A stretch of 64,000 nt of DNA from Myxococcota bacterium. Its GTDB lineage: Bacteria > Myxococcota_A > SURF-8. The DNA lies in NCBI GenBank assembly GCA_965140415.1, contig OZ223209.1:3648001-3712000 (forward strand), in the 5' to 3' direction. The translations under genes and the position numbers were made by a program. Shown piece after piece: positions 31,607 through 40,829 of this stretch. The notes under the pieces were generated by a model. That model ran no database searches, had not been told where the DNA came from, and saw only the letters and a list, made by a program, of their open reading frames with translations. The first letter of the stretch is position 1. Every line of letters starts with the position of its first letter.

Positions 31607-34600
31607 CTACTCCAATACGACAGACTGCCTGCCCAGAATCAATTCTACCTGATCGAACATCTCTCCGCAGGGATCGACACGCCATTTATTGGGCAAGGTA
31701 ATCACGACTTCATACTCCTCCTTGTCCAGATGGCAAATCACCGGAGTATCCCCTTTGTGCCGCTCGCACACCATGGCCAGCCGTTGCAGGTTTTCCTTGT
31801 CGATTGTTTCCGGCAAATGCATGTGCAAGCGCTTGCTCTTCGACTTCATCACTTCCAGCAAGGATTCCACTTTTAACACCCGCAGCATCGTGACGGCATC
31901 CGCCCCTTCTCCATCCATCATGACGGCACCACTGACCAGCACCGGCTCGTCCTTTTTCAACTGCTCTTCACATTGTTCGTAGGCGCGATTGAACACCCTG
32001 CACTCGATATAACCGTAACTGTCCTGCAACGAAAAAAACGCCCAGCGACCACGGCGTCCCATGCGCTCGCCATAACCTTTCACCACACCGGCGACAGTAA
32101 CCTCTGCCCGATCTTCCATGCCGTTGATCCCGGCGACATCCGTCCTGCAATAGCGCTTCACTTCACTCATGTACCGGTCCATCGGATGAGCCGAGAGATA
32201 GACACTCAATACTTTCTCTTCATAGCAAAGCAGTTCTTTCTCCATCCACTCATCGATTTCGGGATATTCTTCCTGAAACGCCGGGGCAGAATCAGCATTG
32301 CCCCCACCACCACCGAACAGATCCATCAGACTGGTCTGCCCACTCTCTCGCTCTTTTCGACGTGCCTGGCCGTTCTCGACCGCTTTTTCCAATACGGCCA
32401 TGTTCTTCGCGCGCGAAATCCCGGCAAAATCAAATGCTCCAGCCTTGATCAACGATTCGACGACCTTCTTGTTGACCTTTGACAAATCCACCCGCTCGCA
32501 AAAGTCATAAATGGAGGTATACGGTTTTTCCTCTCTTGTCTCTCTGATTGTGTCTACGGCCGCCTTGCCGACTCCTTTAACACCACCCAATCCATAGCGA
32601 ATCGAGCCCTCTTCCACCGTAAATACCCAATCGGATTTCAACACGGAAGGCGGCAGAATTTTGATATTCATCGCACGCGCTTCCTGGATGAACTTGACGA
32701 TAGTGTCCGTCTTGTCCATATCGCAGGTCAAAGTTGCTGCGATAAACTCGATTGGGTGGTAGGTTTTCATGTAGGCGGTGTAATACGAAATCAGCGCGTA
32801 AGCCGCCGCATGAGACTTGTTAAAACCATATTTGGCAAATTCGACCATGTTATGGCAGACTTTTTCGATGTCCGCTTCGTCGATGTCCTTTTTGCGCGCG
32901 CCCTCGCGGAAGAGCGTCAGCATTTCGTCCATCAACTTGGCCTTCTTTTTCCCCATCGCCTTACGCAGCGTATCACCCTGCGCCATGGTCATGCCGCCCA
33001 TTTCAGCGGCGATCTGCATGACCTGCTCCTGATAGACAATCAGTCCGTAGGTCTCGTTTAGAATGCCTTCCAGCAATGGGTGATCGTAGGCGATCTGCTC
33101 TCGGCCATGCTTTCTAGCTACGCAGCTCGGAATGTTATCCATCGGGCCGGGCCGGTACATCGCCACGGCAAGAATGAGATCTTCAAACCGGTCAGGCTTG
33201 AGACTCTTCAGCATCGCCTGAAAACCAGTCGATTCCATTTGGAATACGCCGTTGGTTTCACCAGCCGCAATCAACTTGAAAACCTTGGGATCATCCGGTG
33301 TCAATTCCGTAATCACCAGTTGTTCGTCCGGTTTGCGATCCCGGTTGACGAGCTTGACGGCCTCATCGATGACCGTCAGCGTTTTCAGGCCGAGAAAGTC
33401 GAATTTGACCAGACCGACCAGTTCCACTTCCTCTTTGGCATATTGGCTTACCAGGGCATCCTCACCGCGCGTCACCGGCACCATTTCCCACAATGGTTTT
33501 TCCGAGATGACGATGCCTGCCGCATGCAAACCGGTGTGACGCTGCAACCCTTCCAGTTGCATGGCGGTATCATACATCCGGCGGTATTCGGGAGTCGATT
33601 CAAGCAGTTCCTTCAAACGAGGCTCATCGCTAAGCGCGGACTCCAGCGTAACTTTCGGTCCTTCCGGCACCAGTTTTGCGATACGATCCGCCTCCGGAAT
33701 AGGAATGTCCAGCACACGGCAGACATCACGCACGACGCCACGCGCTTTCAACGACCCGAAGGTGGCGATCTGACCGACGTTATCCTTGCCGTATTTTTCC
33801 GACACGTATCGAATCACTTCATCCCGACGGTTCATGCAGAAATCAACGTCGAAATCCGGCATGGAAATACGGTCCGGATTCAAGAAGCGCTCGAAGATCA
33901 AACTGTAAAACAGCGGATCGAGATCTGTAATTTTCAAGGAATACGCGACCAGCGACCCCACACCGGAGCCTCGTCCCGGACCAACCGGAATTCCTTGAGA
34001 TTTGGCATAATTTATGAAGTCCTGCACGATCAGAAAGTATCCCGCGAAATCCATGCGGATGATAATCCCCATCTCATAATCCAGGCGCTTGTCGTAAACT
34101 TCCCGGTCGATGTCATAAGGCAATTTGCTCAAGCGTTCTTCATAACCTTGCATAACCAGTTTCTTGAAATAGCTGACCTGGTCATGCCCTTCCGGTACCT
34201 GGAAGACCGGAAGTTTCGGAGTGCCTAATTCCAATTCGACATTACAGCGTTCTGCAATGCGATATGCGTTCTCAACGGCTTCCGGATACTCCGGGAAGAG
34301 ATCCAGCATGTCCTGCCCAGAACGGAAAAAGAGCGAATCAGTATCGTACCGATGTCGGCTCGGATCCTGCTTCAACTTACCTCTTCCAATGCAGAGCAGA
34401 GTATCGTGGTTGTCGTAATCGGTGGAATTCAGATAATGAACATCGTTTGTCGCCACCAATGGCAGGTTCAACTCCTGAGAAAGTTTCACCAGACCTTCGT
34501 TAACGATTTCCTGTCGATCGATACCGTTGCGCTGGATTTCCAGGTAGAAATTTCCTGGTCCCATTATCTCGGAATACTCAGAGGCCAACGCCCGAGCATC

Positions 34601-35110
34601 GTCCATGCGCCCCTGAGCAATCGCCACCGGAATCTCTCCTGAAAGGCAGGCAGTCAAAGCGATCAAGCCTTCGTGGCGCTCTTTCAATAGTTCATGGTCT
34701 ATGCGAGGTTTTCTGTAGAAGCCCTCGATATTAGCCATAGAAACCAGATAGCACAAATTTTCGTAACCCCGAATATTTTCGGCCAATAGTACCAAATGGA
34801 AGTTGCGGCTCTCCTGTCGTTGATGACGACTTTTCTCGGCAACATACACCTCACAACCGATAATCGGTTTGATCTCGGCCTTTTTCATCTGGGTGTAAAA
34901 ATCGATCGCACCATACATATTGCCGTGGTCGGTAATCGCCACCGCAGACATATTCATCTCTTTGGCGCGCTTGACAAGATCCTTAATCCGCACCGCTCCG
35001 TCGAGAAGACTGTAGCCGGTATGCAGGTGCAAATGTGTAAATCCCGCGTTATTCCGCGTTTGGGTGGTTGCATTTTCGTTGTTGCCAATATCGGAGACAG
35101 CTTCTGACAT
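31607..35110 (-). CDS. dnaE: DNA polymerase III alpha subunit
   Basis: PHP domain HLHLHTGYSLLDG, GPGRGSG, PDFDVDF, KFDFLGL, YGFNKSHA, OB fold; normal length. Confidence 0.99.
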   Translation of the reverse strand: MSEAVSDIGNNENATTQTRNNAGFTHLHLHTGYSLLDGAVRIKDLVKRAKEMNMSAVAITDHGNMYGAIDFYTQMKKAEIKPIIGCEVYVAEKSRHQRQESRNFHLVLLAENIRGYENLCYLVSMANIEGFYRKPRIDHELLKERHEGLIALTACLSGEIPVAIAQGRMDDARALASEYSEIMGPGNFYLEIQRNGIDRQEIVNEGLVKLSQELNLPLVATNDVHYLNSTDYDNHDTLLCIGRGKLKQDPSRHRYDTDSLFFRSGQDMLDLFPEYPEAVENAYRIAERCNVELELGTPKLPVFQVPEGHDQVSYFKKLVMQGYEERLSKLPYDIDREVYDKRLDYEMGIIIRMDFAGYFLIVQDFINYAKSQGIPVGPGRGSGVGSLVAYSLKITDLDPLFYSLIFERFLNPDRISMPDFDVDFCMNRRDEVIRYVSEKYGKDNVGQIATFGSLKARGVVRDVCRVLDIPIPEADRIAKLVPEGPKVTLESALSDEPRLKELLESTPEYRRMYDTAMQLEGLQRHTGLHAAGIVISEKPLWEMVPVTRGEDALVSQYAKEEVELVGLVKFDFLGLKTLTVIDEAVKLVNRDRKPDEQLVITELTPDDPKVFKLIAAGETNGVFQMESTGFQAMLKSLKPDRFEDLILAVAMYRPGPMDNIPSCVARKHGREQIAYDHPLLEGILNETYGLIVYQEQVMQIAAEMGGMTMAQGDTLRKAMGKKKAKLMDEMLTLFREGARKKDIDEADIEKVCHNMVEFAKYGFNKSHAAAYALISYYTAYMKTYHPIEFIAATLTCDMDKTDTIVKFIQEARAMNIKILPPSVLKSDWVFTVEEGSIRYGLGGVKGVGKAAVDTIRETREEKPYTSIYDFCERVDLSKVNKKVVESLIKAGAFDFAGISRAKNMAVLEKAVENGQARRKERESGQTSLMDLFGGGGGNADSAPAFQEEYPEIDEWMEKELLCYEEKVLSVYLSAHPMDRYMSEVKRYCRTDVAGINGMEDRAEVTVAGVVKGYGERMGRRGRWAFFSLQDSYGYIECRVFNRAYEQCEEQLKKDEPVLVSGAVMMDGEGADAVTMLRVLKVESLLEVMKSKSKRLHMHLPETIDKENLQRLAMVCERHKGDTPVICHLDKEEYEVVITLPNKWRVDPCGEMFDQVELILGRQSVVLE

Positions 35111-35294
35111 CGATTACCTCAATAGAAAGTCCATTTAATAGATTCGAACGACACTACAGTTTTATCAGACGGTCCGTAGCGGATCAAGCCGTTTCGAATT
35201 TATAGTAAACGGAAAGGATGGTCAATCGTAGAACATGTCCGAAAAAATCAGATACCGCTCTGTCCGGTTGTTCATACCTGAAACATCTAGCAGG

Positions 35295-36389
35295 CTAATG
35301 GCGTCGTCCACGGATATTTTGCACTAATTTCTCGATGTTCATGCGTCCGCGCACGCGCACTTTCCTGATATTATTGAAGATCTGGTTTAAATGACCTAGA
35401 TCCGGCGAAACGACACGCTCGCCTCTCGTATTGTTCAGATCGAATACACCTAGATCTTTGTAATAAACCGGAGCCATTTTCAACAACTCATCCGTGGATA
35501 GCTCATCGAAGCTGGTCACGAAACGGCTCTCCGGTTCCCATTCAAGGATGTAAAGAGACTCCAGCGTTCCAAAAAGTTGCGTGGAATGTTCGCCGTAAAT
35601 GCGATCCACATCGACCTGCACGCTTTCATCCAGCGCCCATAACTCACTTGGTCCCAATTGCCGATAGCGCGTCTGCTTGCCGATACTCAACGAGGACATA
35701 ATCCGATCGTGATGCAGCACGCTGCCTGGATGTACTCTGGGATGCAACGGGTACCCGATCGCCTGCACCAGATCGTCGCGAGAGCGAACCATCAACCGGT
35801 CGAAAGCCGTGAGTTTGAACTTTCGTTCGATCAGATCGAACAAGATCGTCCCCGAAGTTCCTGTGTTGGGCATGGATGCCAGCGAAATGACGTTGTCACC
35901 ATCGCTGATCGCCGCCACATTCAGCAGCAGATAGCCACGACCCGCCAGATACATGCGGGCGAATACAACGTTTAAAAACAATGCAACCTGGTGAATATTC
36001 TCGCGAATATCGCCCACCATAATATGGTTTACACCATCGATATACGCTTCGATACCGTATTTCTTCTTGCGAACCAAACGCCCTTCGAACAGGTCGATGA
36101 ATTCTTCTTTTATCTTCCGCCCGCTTTTACTGCGTACGAAATCCCGCATCTCGTACGAACTTCTGAATCCCGGGATATGGAGCAGATGTACCACCTGAAA
36201 CGCCTCTCCCGAAGCGTCGTCCTCTTCGACATAGCAACGGTGATACTCCCTTACCCGGTCAATCAACAAACGGTCATTGCTGCGGATTTCCAGAATCACG
36301 TTACGAAAGCGCAAGCGCAGGCGAGCGGCTTCATCATCGAAAACCGATTCCGGCAAATTCAGTAGTGATCTGATATGTTCGACAGTCAC
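35295..36389 (-). CDS. HprK-related kinase B-like protein with degenerate P-loop
   Basis: Family-like segments (KIKEEFIDL...RLVRK, PRVHPGSVLH, ELWAL); Walker A region reads SMPNTGTSG. Confidence 0.6.
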   Translation of the reverse strand: MTVEHIRSLLNLPESVFDDEAARLRLRFRNVILEIRSNDRLLIDRVREYHRCYVEEDDASGEAFQVVHLLHIPGFRSSYEMRDFVRSKSGRKIKEEFIDLFEGRLVRKKKYGIEAYIDGVNHIMVGDIRENIHQVALFLNVVFARMYLAGRGYLLLNVAAISDGDNVISLASMPNTGTSGTILFDLIERKFKLTAFDRLMVRSRDDLVQAIGYPLHPRVHPGSVLHHDRIMSSLSIGKQTRYRQLGPSELWALDESVQVDVDRIYGEHSTQLFGTLESLYILEWEPESRFVTSFDELSTDELLKMAPVYYKDLGVFDLNNTRGERVVSPDLGHLNQIFNNIRKVRVRGRMNIEKLVQNIRGRRH

Positions 36390-36498
36390 GAGATGAAAAC
36401 TTCCCCTTACCCCTCAAGGTAGCAGATTCAACAACGAACGGCCCTTTTAAAATACTATAGAGAAAGCGAAGGATCGCTGTCAATATGGAATGCGACCA

Positions 36499-37149
36499 TC
36501 AATTAAGAATTCCTAGCCAATCCCCCATAATGAAGGTCATACGTCCCACCAGCAAGGAAACACGAGCCATAACGGTATATCCAAATGCCGCACCGAAAGA
36601 GATCATTAAAAACCAGATTCCAACTCGCGCCACCTTTCCTGTTGCACCCTTATGCTCCTTGGAAAAGAAGAAATATACCAGCGCGGAAAGCATCCCCAGC
36701 ACCATGACGCTGTTATTGATCGACTGGCTCCAGTCTAGGTGACGTGCGCCCTCTTCCGTGGAAAACACAAGCAAAGGCAAGATGGTTGCAGCAATCTGAT
36801 TGAGCAGGTTTTCCTTCAAGAAGTTTATGAAGAATATACCGGAATACGTTCCTATTACAAAGGAAATTGAGTATCGACTCACCCAGCCTACCTTGGGGAA
36901 CAATCGCAGCAGCATGAACAAACCAAGCACGGCGGGAATGAGATAAATCGTTTGACCGGCTTGTAAATTGTTTACCAGTTTCGGAACGATGACGTTCCAG
37001 ATCTGCATACAGAACAGATATCCCGCCGAAACGCCGACGAACAGGGATTCGCTGAATTTATAAAAAGGATTGTCCTTATACAAGAACGACCAGATACCCA
37101 GCGTCAATAGCGCCCCGATCCAGATACTGAGATCCGTGCTTATCGCCAT
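36499..37149 (-). CDS. Conserved hypothetical polytopic membrane protein (GlmL-linked operon)
   Basis: About 6-7 TM helices; SFLYKDNPFY and FGAAFGYTVMAR motifs; start overlaps the upstream stop. Confidence 0.85.
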   Translation of the reverse strand: MAISTDLSIWIGALLTLGIWSFLYKDNPFYKFSESLFVGVSAGYLFCMQIWNVIVPKLVNNLQAGQTIYLIPAVLGLFMLLRLFPKVGWVSRYSISFVIGTYSGIFFINFLKENLLNQIAATILPLLVFSTEEGARHLDWSQSINNSVMVLGMLSALVYFFFSKEHKGATGKVARVGIWFLMISFGAAFGYTVMARVSLLVGRMTFIMGDWLGILN

Positions 37150-38033
37150 GACGTTCCTCCTTTCCCGGAACGCCGTCGACTGACGAAATAAGCAACATTG
37201 CCGATGATGATAAACAACATAATCACCACATGCGCCGCCGCCTGGGCCGGCATGAATTCCAAAGCCTGACCCGTCGTCAAATCCAATCCAAGTAGCGCCT
37301 CGTAATCGGCAGCACCTTTCAATCCTCCCAAAAAGCCGACGATCTGCCCAGCCCCTAAATAGGGATAGGCTTCCGCCGCCATTACGGCGGTGCTGGCCGC
37401 TAAAACCCGGTAGTCAGGATTCACCGGCTTGGCGAACATCACCCAGGCCGAGGCAATGGGCGAACCACTCAAGCCACCAGAGGCAAACTCAACGGAAATG
37501 GCGACATCTTCGAAATTGTGAACCCGTTGCATCAAAGCCAACTCACCCAGCGGTGTTCCATACATATCATTTGGAAAGGTCTCGTGAATATCCCGATTCA
37601 TTCCCCGAACCACAAGCATGAACCCGGACATATACCCCAAATGCACGTAATCCTTACCATATGTCAGCTTCATTTCCGCAAATTCAGGTTCGTTCAACAC
37701 ATCTCGCATCGCGCGATCCAATAACGCCGGAGCCTGCGGCCACAGCGCTAAGGTCACGACTTTCGCTTTGCGCCGGAAGGCATGGCGAATCGTCGCCTTG
37801 ACCATCGGCTGAATCTCCGGCGAGGTAGACGGGTCATAAACTCCAGCCAGTGTAACCACTTGGCCGGCCTCCAGTTTTTCCATCTCATCGAAATAAGAGC
37901 GGGAAAAATGACCCGGCTTGATCGGCAGTGGGAACTTGAAAAGCAGAGTCAGCGCCACCGTCAGCCCCATAATCAAGAAGATCACGCGCCGATCGATCGA
38001 CAAAACACGCCTGGCGAAGAGTTGAAGTTTCAT
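37140..38033 (-). CDS. Conserved hypothetical membrane protein (TM, soluble alpha/beta domain, TM)
   Basis: ATG at 38033 shares TGATG with the upstream stop; IDRRVIF, YGKDYVHLGY, GGLKGAADYE. Confidence 0.85.
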   Translation of the reverse strand: MKLQLFARRVLSIDRRVIFLIMGLTVALTLLFKFPLPIKPGHFSRSYFDEMEKLEAGQVVTLAGVYDPSTSPEIQPMVKATIRHAFRRKAKVVTLALWPQAPALLDRAMRDVLNEPEFAEMKLTYGKDYVHLGYMSGFMLVVRGMNRDIHETFPNDMYGTPLGELALMQRVHNFEDVAISVEFASGGLSGSPIASAWVMFAKPVNPDYRVLAASTAVMAAEAYPYLGAGQIVGFLGGLKGAADYEALLGLDLTTGQALEFMPAQAAAHVVIMLFIIIGNVAYFVSRRRSGKGGTSWR

Positions 38034-39532
38034 CAATCTCCTCCTCCCAGGTAGCCGCGTTCCATTCCGAGAATGATTTTCAGCGCCGTGGATACCACAC
38101 CAAAAGCCACACCGATCATAATCGCTCGCTGGCTTGCCATATTGGGATACATCATGATCCAATCTGCCAAATCGGACATCTGCCAGGCTTCCGGTAGCCA
38201 GGAAGTCAAGTAATTTCCAACAGGTACCTGACCAAGCATGACGATGAATCCCGCCGCCAATAATAATGCCGCTTCTTTGGAACGCGCTCGAAAAGCTCGA
38301 AAAGCCGCCGAGGCGATAAAGAAGGCCAATAAAGCAAACATAGTTGAAGATAATGGTGCGTAAATATTATGGAATATCCACTGAAACCCGCTTCCGGAAT
38401 CCAATGGCTTTACGTCCAGCAATACGGCTTTGGAACCCGCTCCGAAAATTGCTTCCAATGCTGCGGTCTTCGTACGCGCGTGAAAAGCATCTTTTGCACC
38501 GTAACTGGCTGCCAATCGTGCCACTTCTTGGCCGATCGAACTGATTTTGCCGCTTTCCGGAGAAAAGATCGATTCCGAGTAGGAATGATTCGAGAAAACC
38601 TTTTGAATTTCATCTTCTTTCGCTGCGTTTCCTGTTTGCATTTTACGGCTATACAACTCGCGAACGCTACGCTGCAAGATCGAAAGCAAAATCAATTCGC
38701 TAACAGAATCCAGTGTAATTATCTGGTCATTATATGGCACGCTGCCGGGCAGCAAAGGAGAAACTGCAACCCGGGCGGATGACTTCAACGACTCCGAAAC
38801 TTCCAGCAAATTCATCGTTTCCAGTTCACTCTTAACCTGTTTCACAAACAGAGTGTTGCCCACCAGAACATCCTGCAATTGTCTTGCATATTCAACGACT
38901 TCACGTCCTAAAGGGGTAGCACTGTCGATCAGTTCCCCAGCTTCTCGTTTCGTTTGATCCAGCAATTTTTCAAAGCGTTCCCGTGTTAGGGGCACCTCCG
39001 AGAAAATTGCAGAAAAGCGCTCCGGTACAATTCGATTGTACCGAATCAGTCCATCGATATCCGCACGACGCACCGTATTTCGTCCCAAAACCTCCTCATC
39101 CGGCACCATGCCCGGATTTTGGATTTTGGTGAAAACCATGGCCGTCAATTCTATTTGCGAAGCAGGCAACGTCGTTTCCCGCTGAAGTACATCCTGCCCG
39201 GCGATTCGAATTAACTGTTCGTTATTACCAAGTATTTTTGTTCGCAAAGCCACTTGTTCACCGGGATTGAGCAGACCGAAAGTGATGGTCACAAGGAAAC
39301 CAAGCACCGTGATTGCAGAATATCCCCAGCCTGCGGTTTGCCGGGAAATCTTTTTTACATTCATGTAAAACAAGTTCAGAATTCCAAGAATCATTGTAAA
39401 GACGAAGACGATCAAGGCAAAATCGTTCAAGGTCCGATCCAGTTCATTGAACGGCGGATGCGGAATAAACGCCTGTAGAATCAAGAAGATTCCCATCACG
39501 GCGGTAATAATAAGCGGAATTTCCTTACGCAT
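38033..39532 (-). CDS. Conserved hypothetical membrane protein with a large soluble insertion
   Basis: 3 N-terminal TMs, about 290 aa soluble helical region, then TMFALLAFFIASAAFRAFRARS and 3 more TMs; CAGGAG RBS. Confidence 0.85.
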   Translation of the reverse strand: MRKEIPLIITAVMGIFLILQAFIPHPPFNELDRTLNDFALIVFVFTMILGILNLFYMNVKKISRQTAGWGYSAITVLGFLVTITFGLLNPGEQVALRTKILGNNEQLIRIAGQDVLQRETTLPASQIELTAMVFTKIQNPGMVPDEEVLGRNTVRRADIDGLIRYNRIVPERFSAIFSEVPLTRERFEKLLDQTKREAGELIDSATPLGREVVEYARQLQDVLVGNTLFVKQVKSELETMNLLEVSESLKSSARVAVSPLLPGSVPYNDQIITLDSVSELILLSILQRSVRELYSRKMQTGNAAKEDEIQKVFSNHSYSESIFSPESGKISSIGQEVARLAASYGAKDAFHARTKTAALEAIFGAGSKAVLLDVKPLDSGSGFQWIFHNIYAPLSSTMFALLAFFIASAAFRAFRARSKEAALLLAAGFIVMLGQVPVGNYLTSWLPEAWQMSDLADWIMMYPNMASQRAIMIGVAFGVVSTALKIILGMERGYLGGGD

Positions 39533-39553
39533 CGAATCTCCTGAAACCGAAAT

Positions 39554-40825
39554 TTAATTGGCGACGTGAAAAATCTGGCGCAATGTTTCTGTTAAAAGCG
39601 GCCACTCGCCAATTTCAGCAACCGTCGCCAAAATCACGGCAACGGAAACAGATAAAATCACCAGCAACTTGCCGTAATCCTGCCCCTTCAAACTTCCCAA
39701 CATCTTGGGTTCTTTAGATAAATACGCCGAAGCGGCGAACAATTCCTCGCCGATCAGGGTGTAGTCGCAGGCAGTAATGAAAAACGGCAATTGCGTTACC
39801 ATGGCAGTTCCGGCAATTTGAATCGCCCCGACGGAATGCCCCGTTTCTGCAAGAATCAACGATTCCGCATAAAACGAGCCCTGGTAAAAGATCGTTGCCG
39901 GGCGTTCGCGAATGATGATGCCATCCACCGCCGCCGCAAATCCGAACTGATCGTCGGTAATGTAATGAACCATTTCATCGCGAAAATCCAAGGAATGTCC
40001 GGTGGCCAAATAGGCTTCGCGCACGATCTCCCGCCCAGCCACCATTGCCATGGAACGCGCCACAGGCACATCGATTTCTGTTTGGTAGCGCGACGTATAG
40101 CGCCCTACCCGCCCTAAAATCGTTAGCCCGGCGATGGTTTGCGGATCATCGACATCCATGATACCAGGAATGAACATGACCTTGCGCCCCGTCTCGGCAG
40201 CACGCCCGACCGCTTCGTCGATGACTTCCAGTCCGTTGATACGCCGGATAAACAAGTCCCGGCCTTTGGAAGCCAGACGAATAAAGAACAAGATCAATGC
40301 CGTTACGATAATGGCGGCAATCAACAGGTTCAAACGCTGAAAATTGAACCAGCTTGCAGTTGCGGTAACCGGACCAATCCAGTCGGAATCTCGGTAACGG
40401 CTTCCGGAGTAAGAACGCACCAGGTATACGGCGGACCGCTCGCCGATGGAGTCGATAAACTGGCTTTCCGGCAGATAGGAAACACTTTGGAGAAGCCGAA
40501 AATCCGCTAAAGTGATTGATTTTGCCTGTGTTTTAAATGCCCGCCAAATTTCGACCTTATCGACGATCTCATTCAGCCGTTCCAACTCTTCCGCTCGATA
40601 AAACCGCCCGCCGAGCATCCATTTCATCGAGACCAGCACGTCACCACCGGAATCGTTCGGTTGATCCGTCACGCTTAAAACAGGAATTGGAAGCCCCTGA
40701 TCCACAACCGGAGTTCGTACTGGCGGTAATTCATCCGAAGCGTTAACAAGCCCAGGAAATCCCAACAGGCAAAGCAGAAACGCCATCCAAATCGGGGTTA
40801 ATATGTAAAACCGTTTTACCATCAC
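39554..40825 (-). CDS. DUF6754-type membrane protein with an extracytoplasmic beta-sandwich N-domain
   Basis: Signal peptide, DQPNDSG motif, TM, IRRINGLEVIDEAVGRAAETGR, YTLIGEELFAASAYL, C-terminal TM. Confidence 0.75.
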   Translation of the reverse strand: MMVKRFYILTPIWMAFLLCLLGFPGLVNASDELPPVRTPVVDQGLPIPVLSVTDQPNDSGGDVLVSMKWMLGGRFYRAEELERLNEIVDKVEIWRAFKTQAKSITLADFRLLQSVSYLPESQFIDSIGERSAVYLVRSYSGSRYRDSDWIGPVTATASWFNFQRLNLLIAAIIVTALILFFIRLASKGRDLFIRRINGLEVIDEAVGRAAETGRKVMFIPGIMDVDDPQTIAGLTILGRVGRYTSRYQTEIDVPVARSMAMVAGREIVREAYLATGHSLDFRDEMVHYITDDQFGFAAAVDGIIIRERPATIFYQGSFYAESLILAETGHSVGAIQIAGTAMVTQLPFFITACDYTLIGEELFAASAYLSKEPKMLGSLKGQDYGKLLVILSVSVAVILATVAEIGEWPLLTETLRQIFHVAN

Positions 40826-40829
40826 GCGT

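Noticed and set aside
33080-34228. 382-aa plus-strand ORF
   Set aside because: Antisense shadow of dnaE; no recognisable motifs.
31607-35110. Intein or split in DnaE
   Set aside because: Normal length with continuous motifs; no intein signatures seen.
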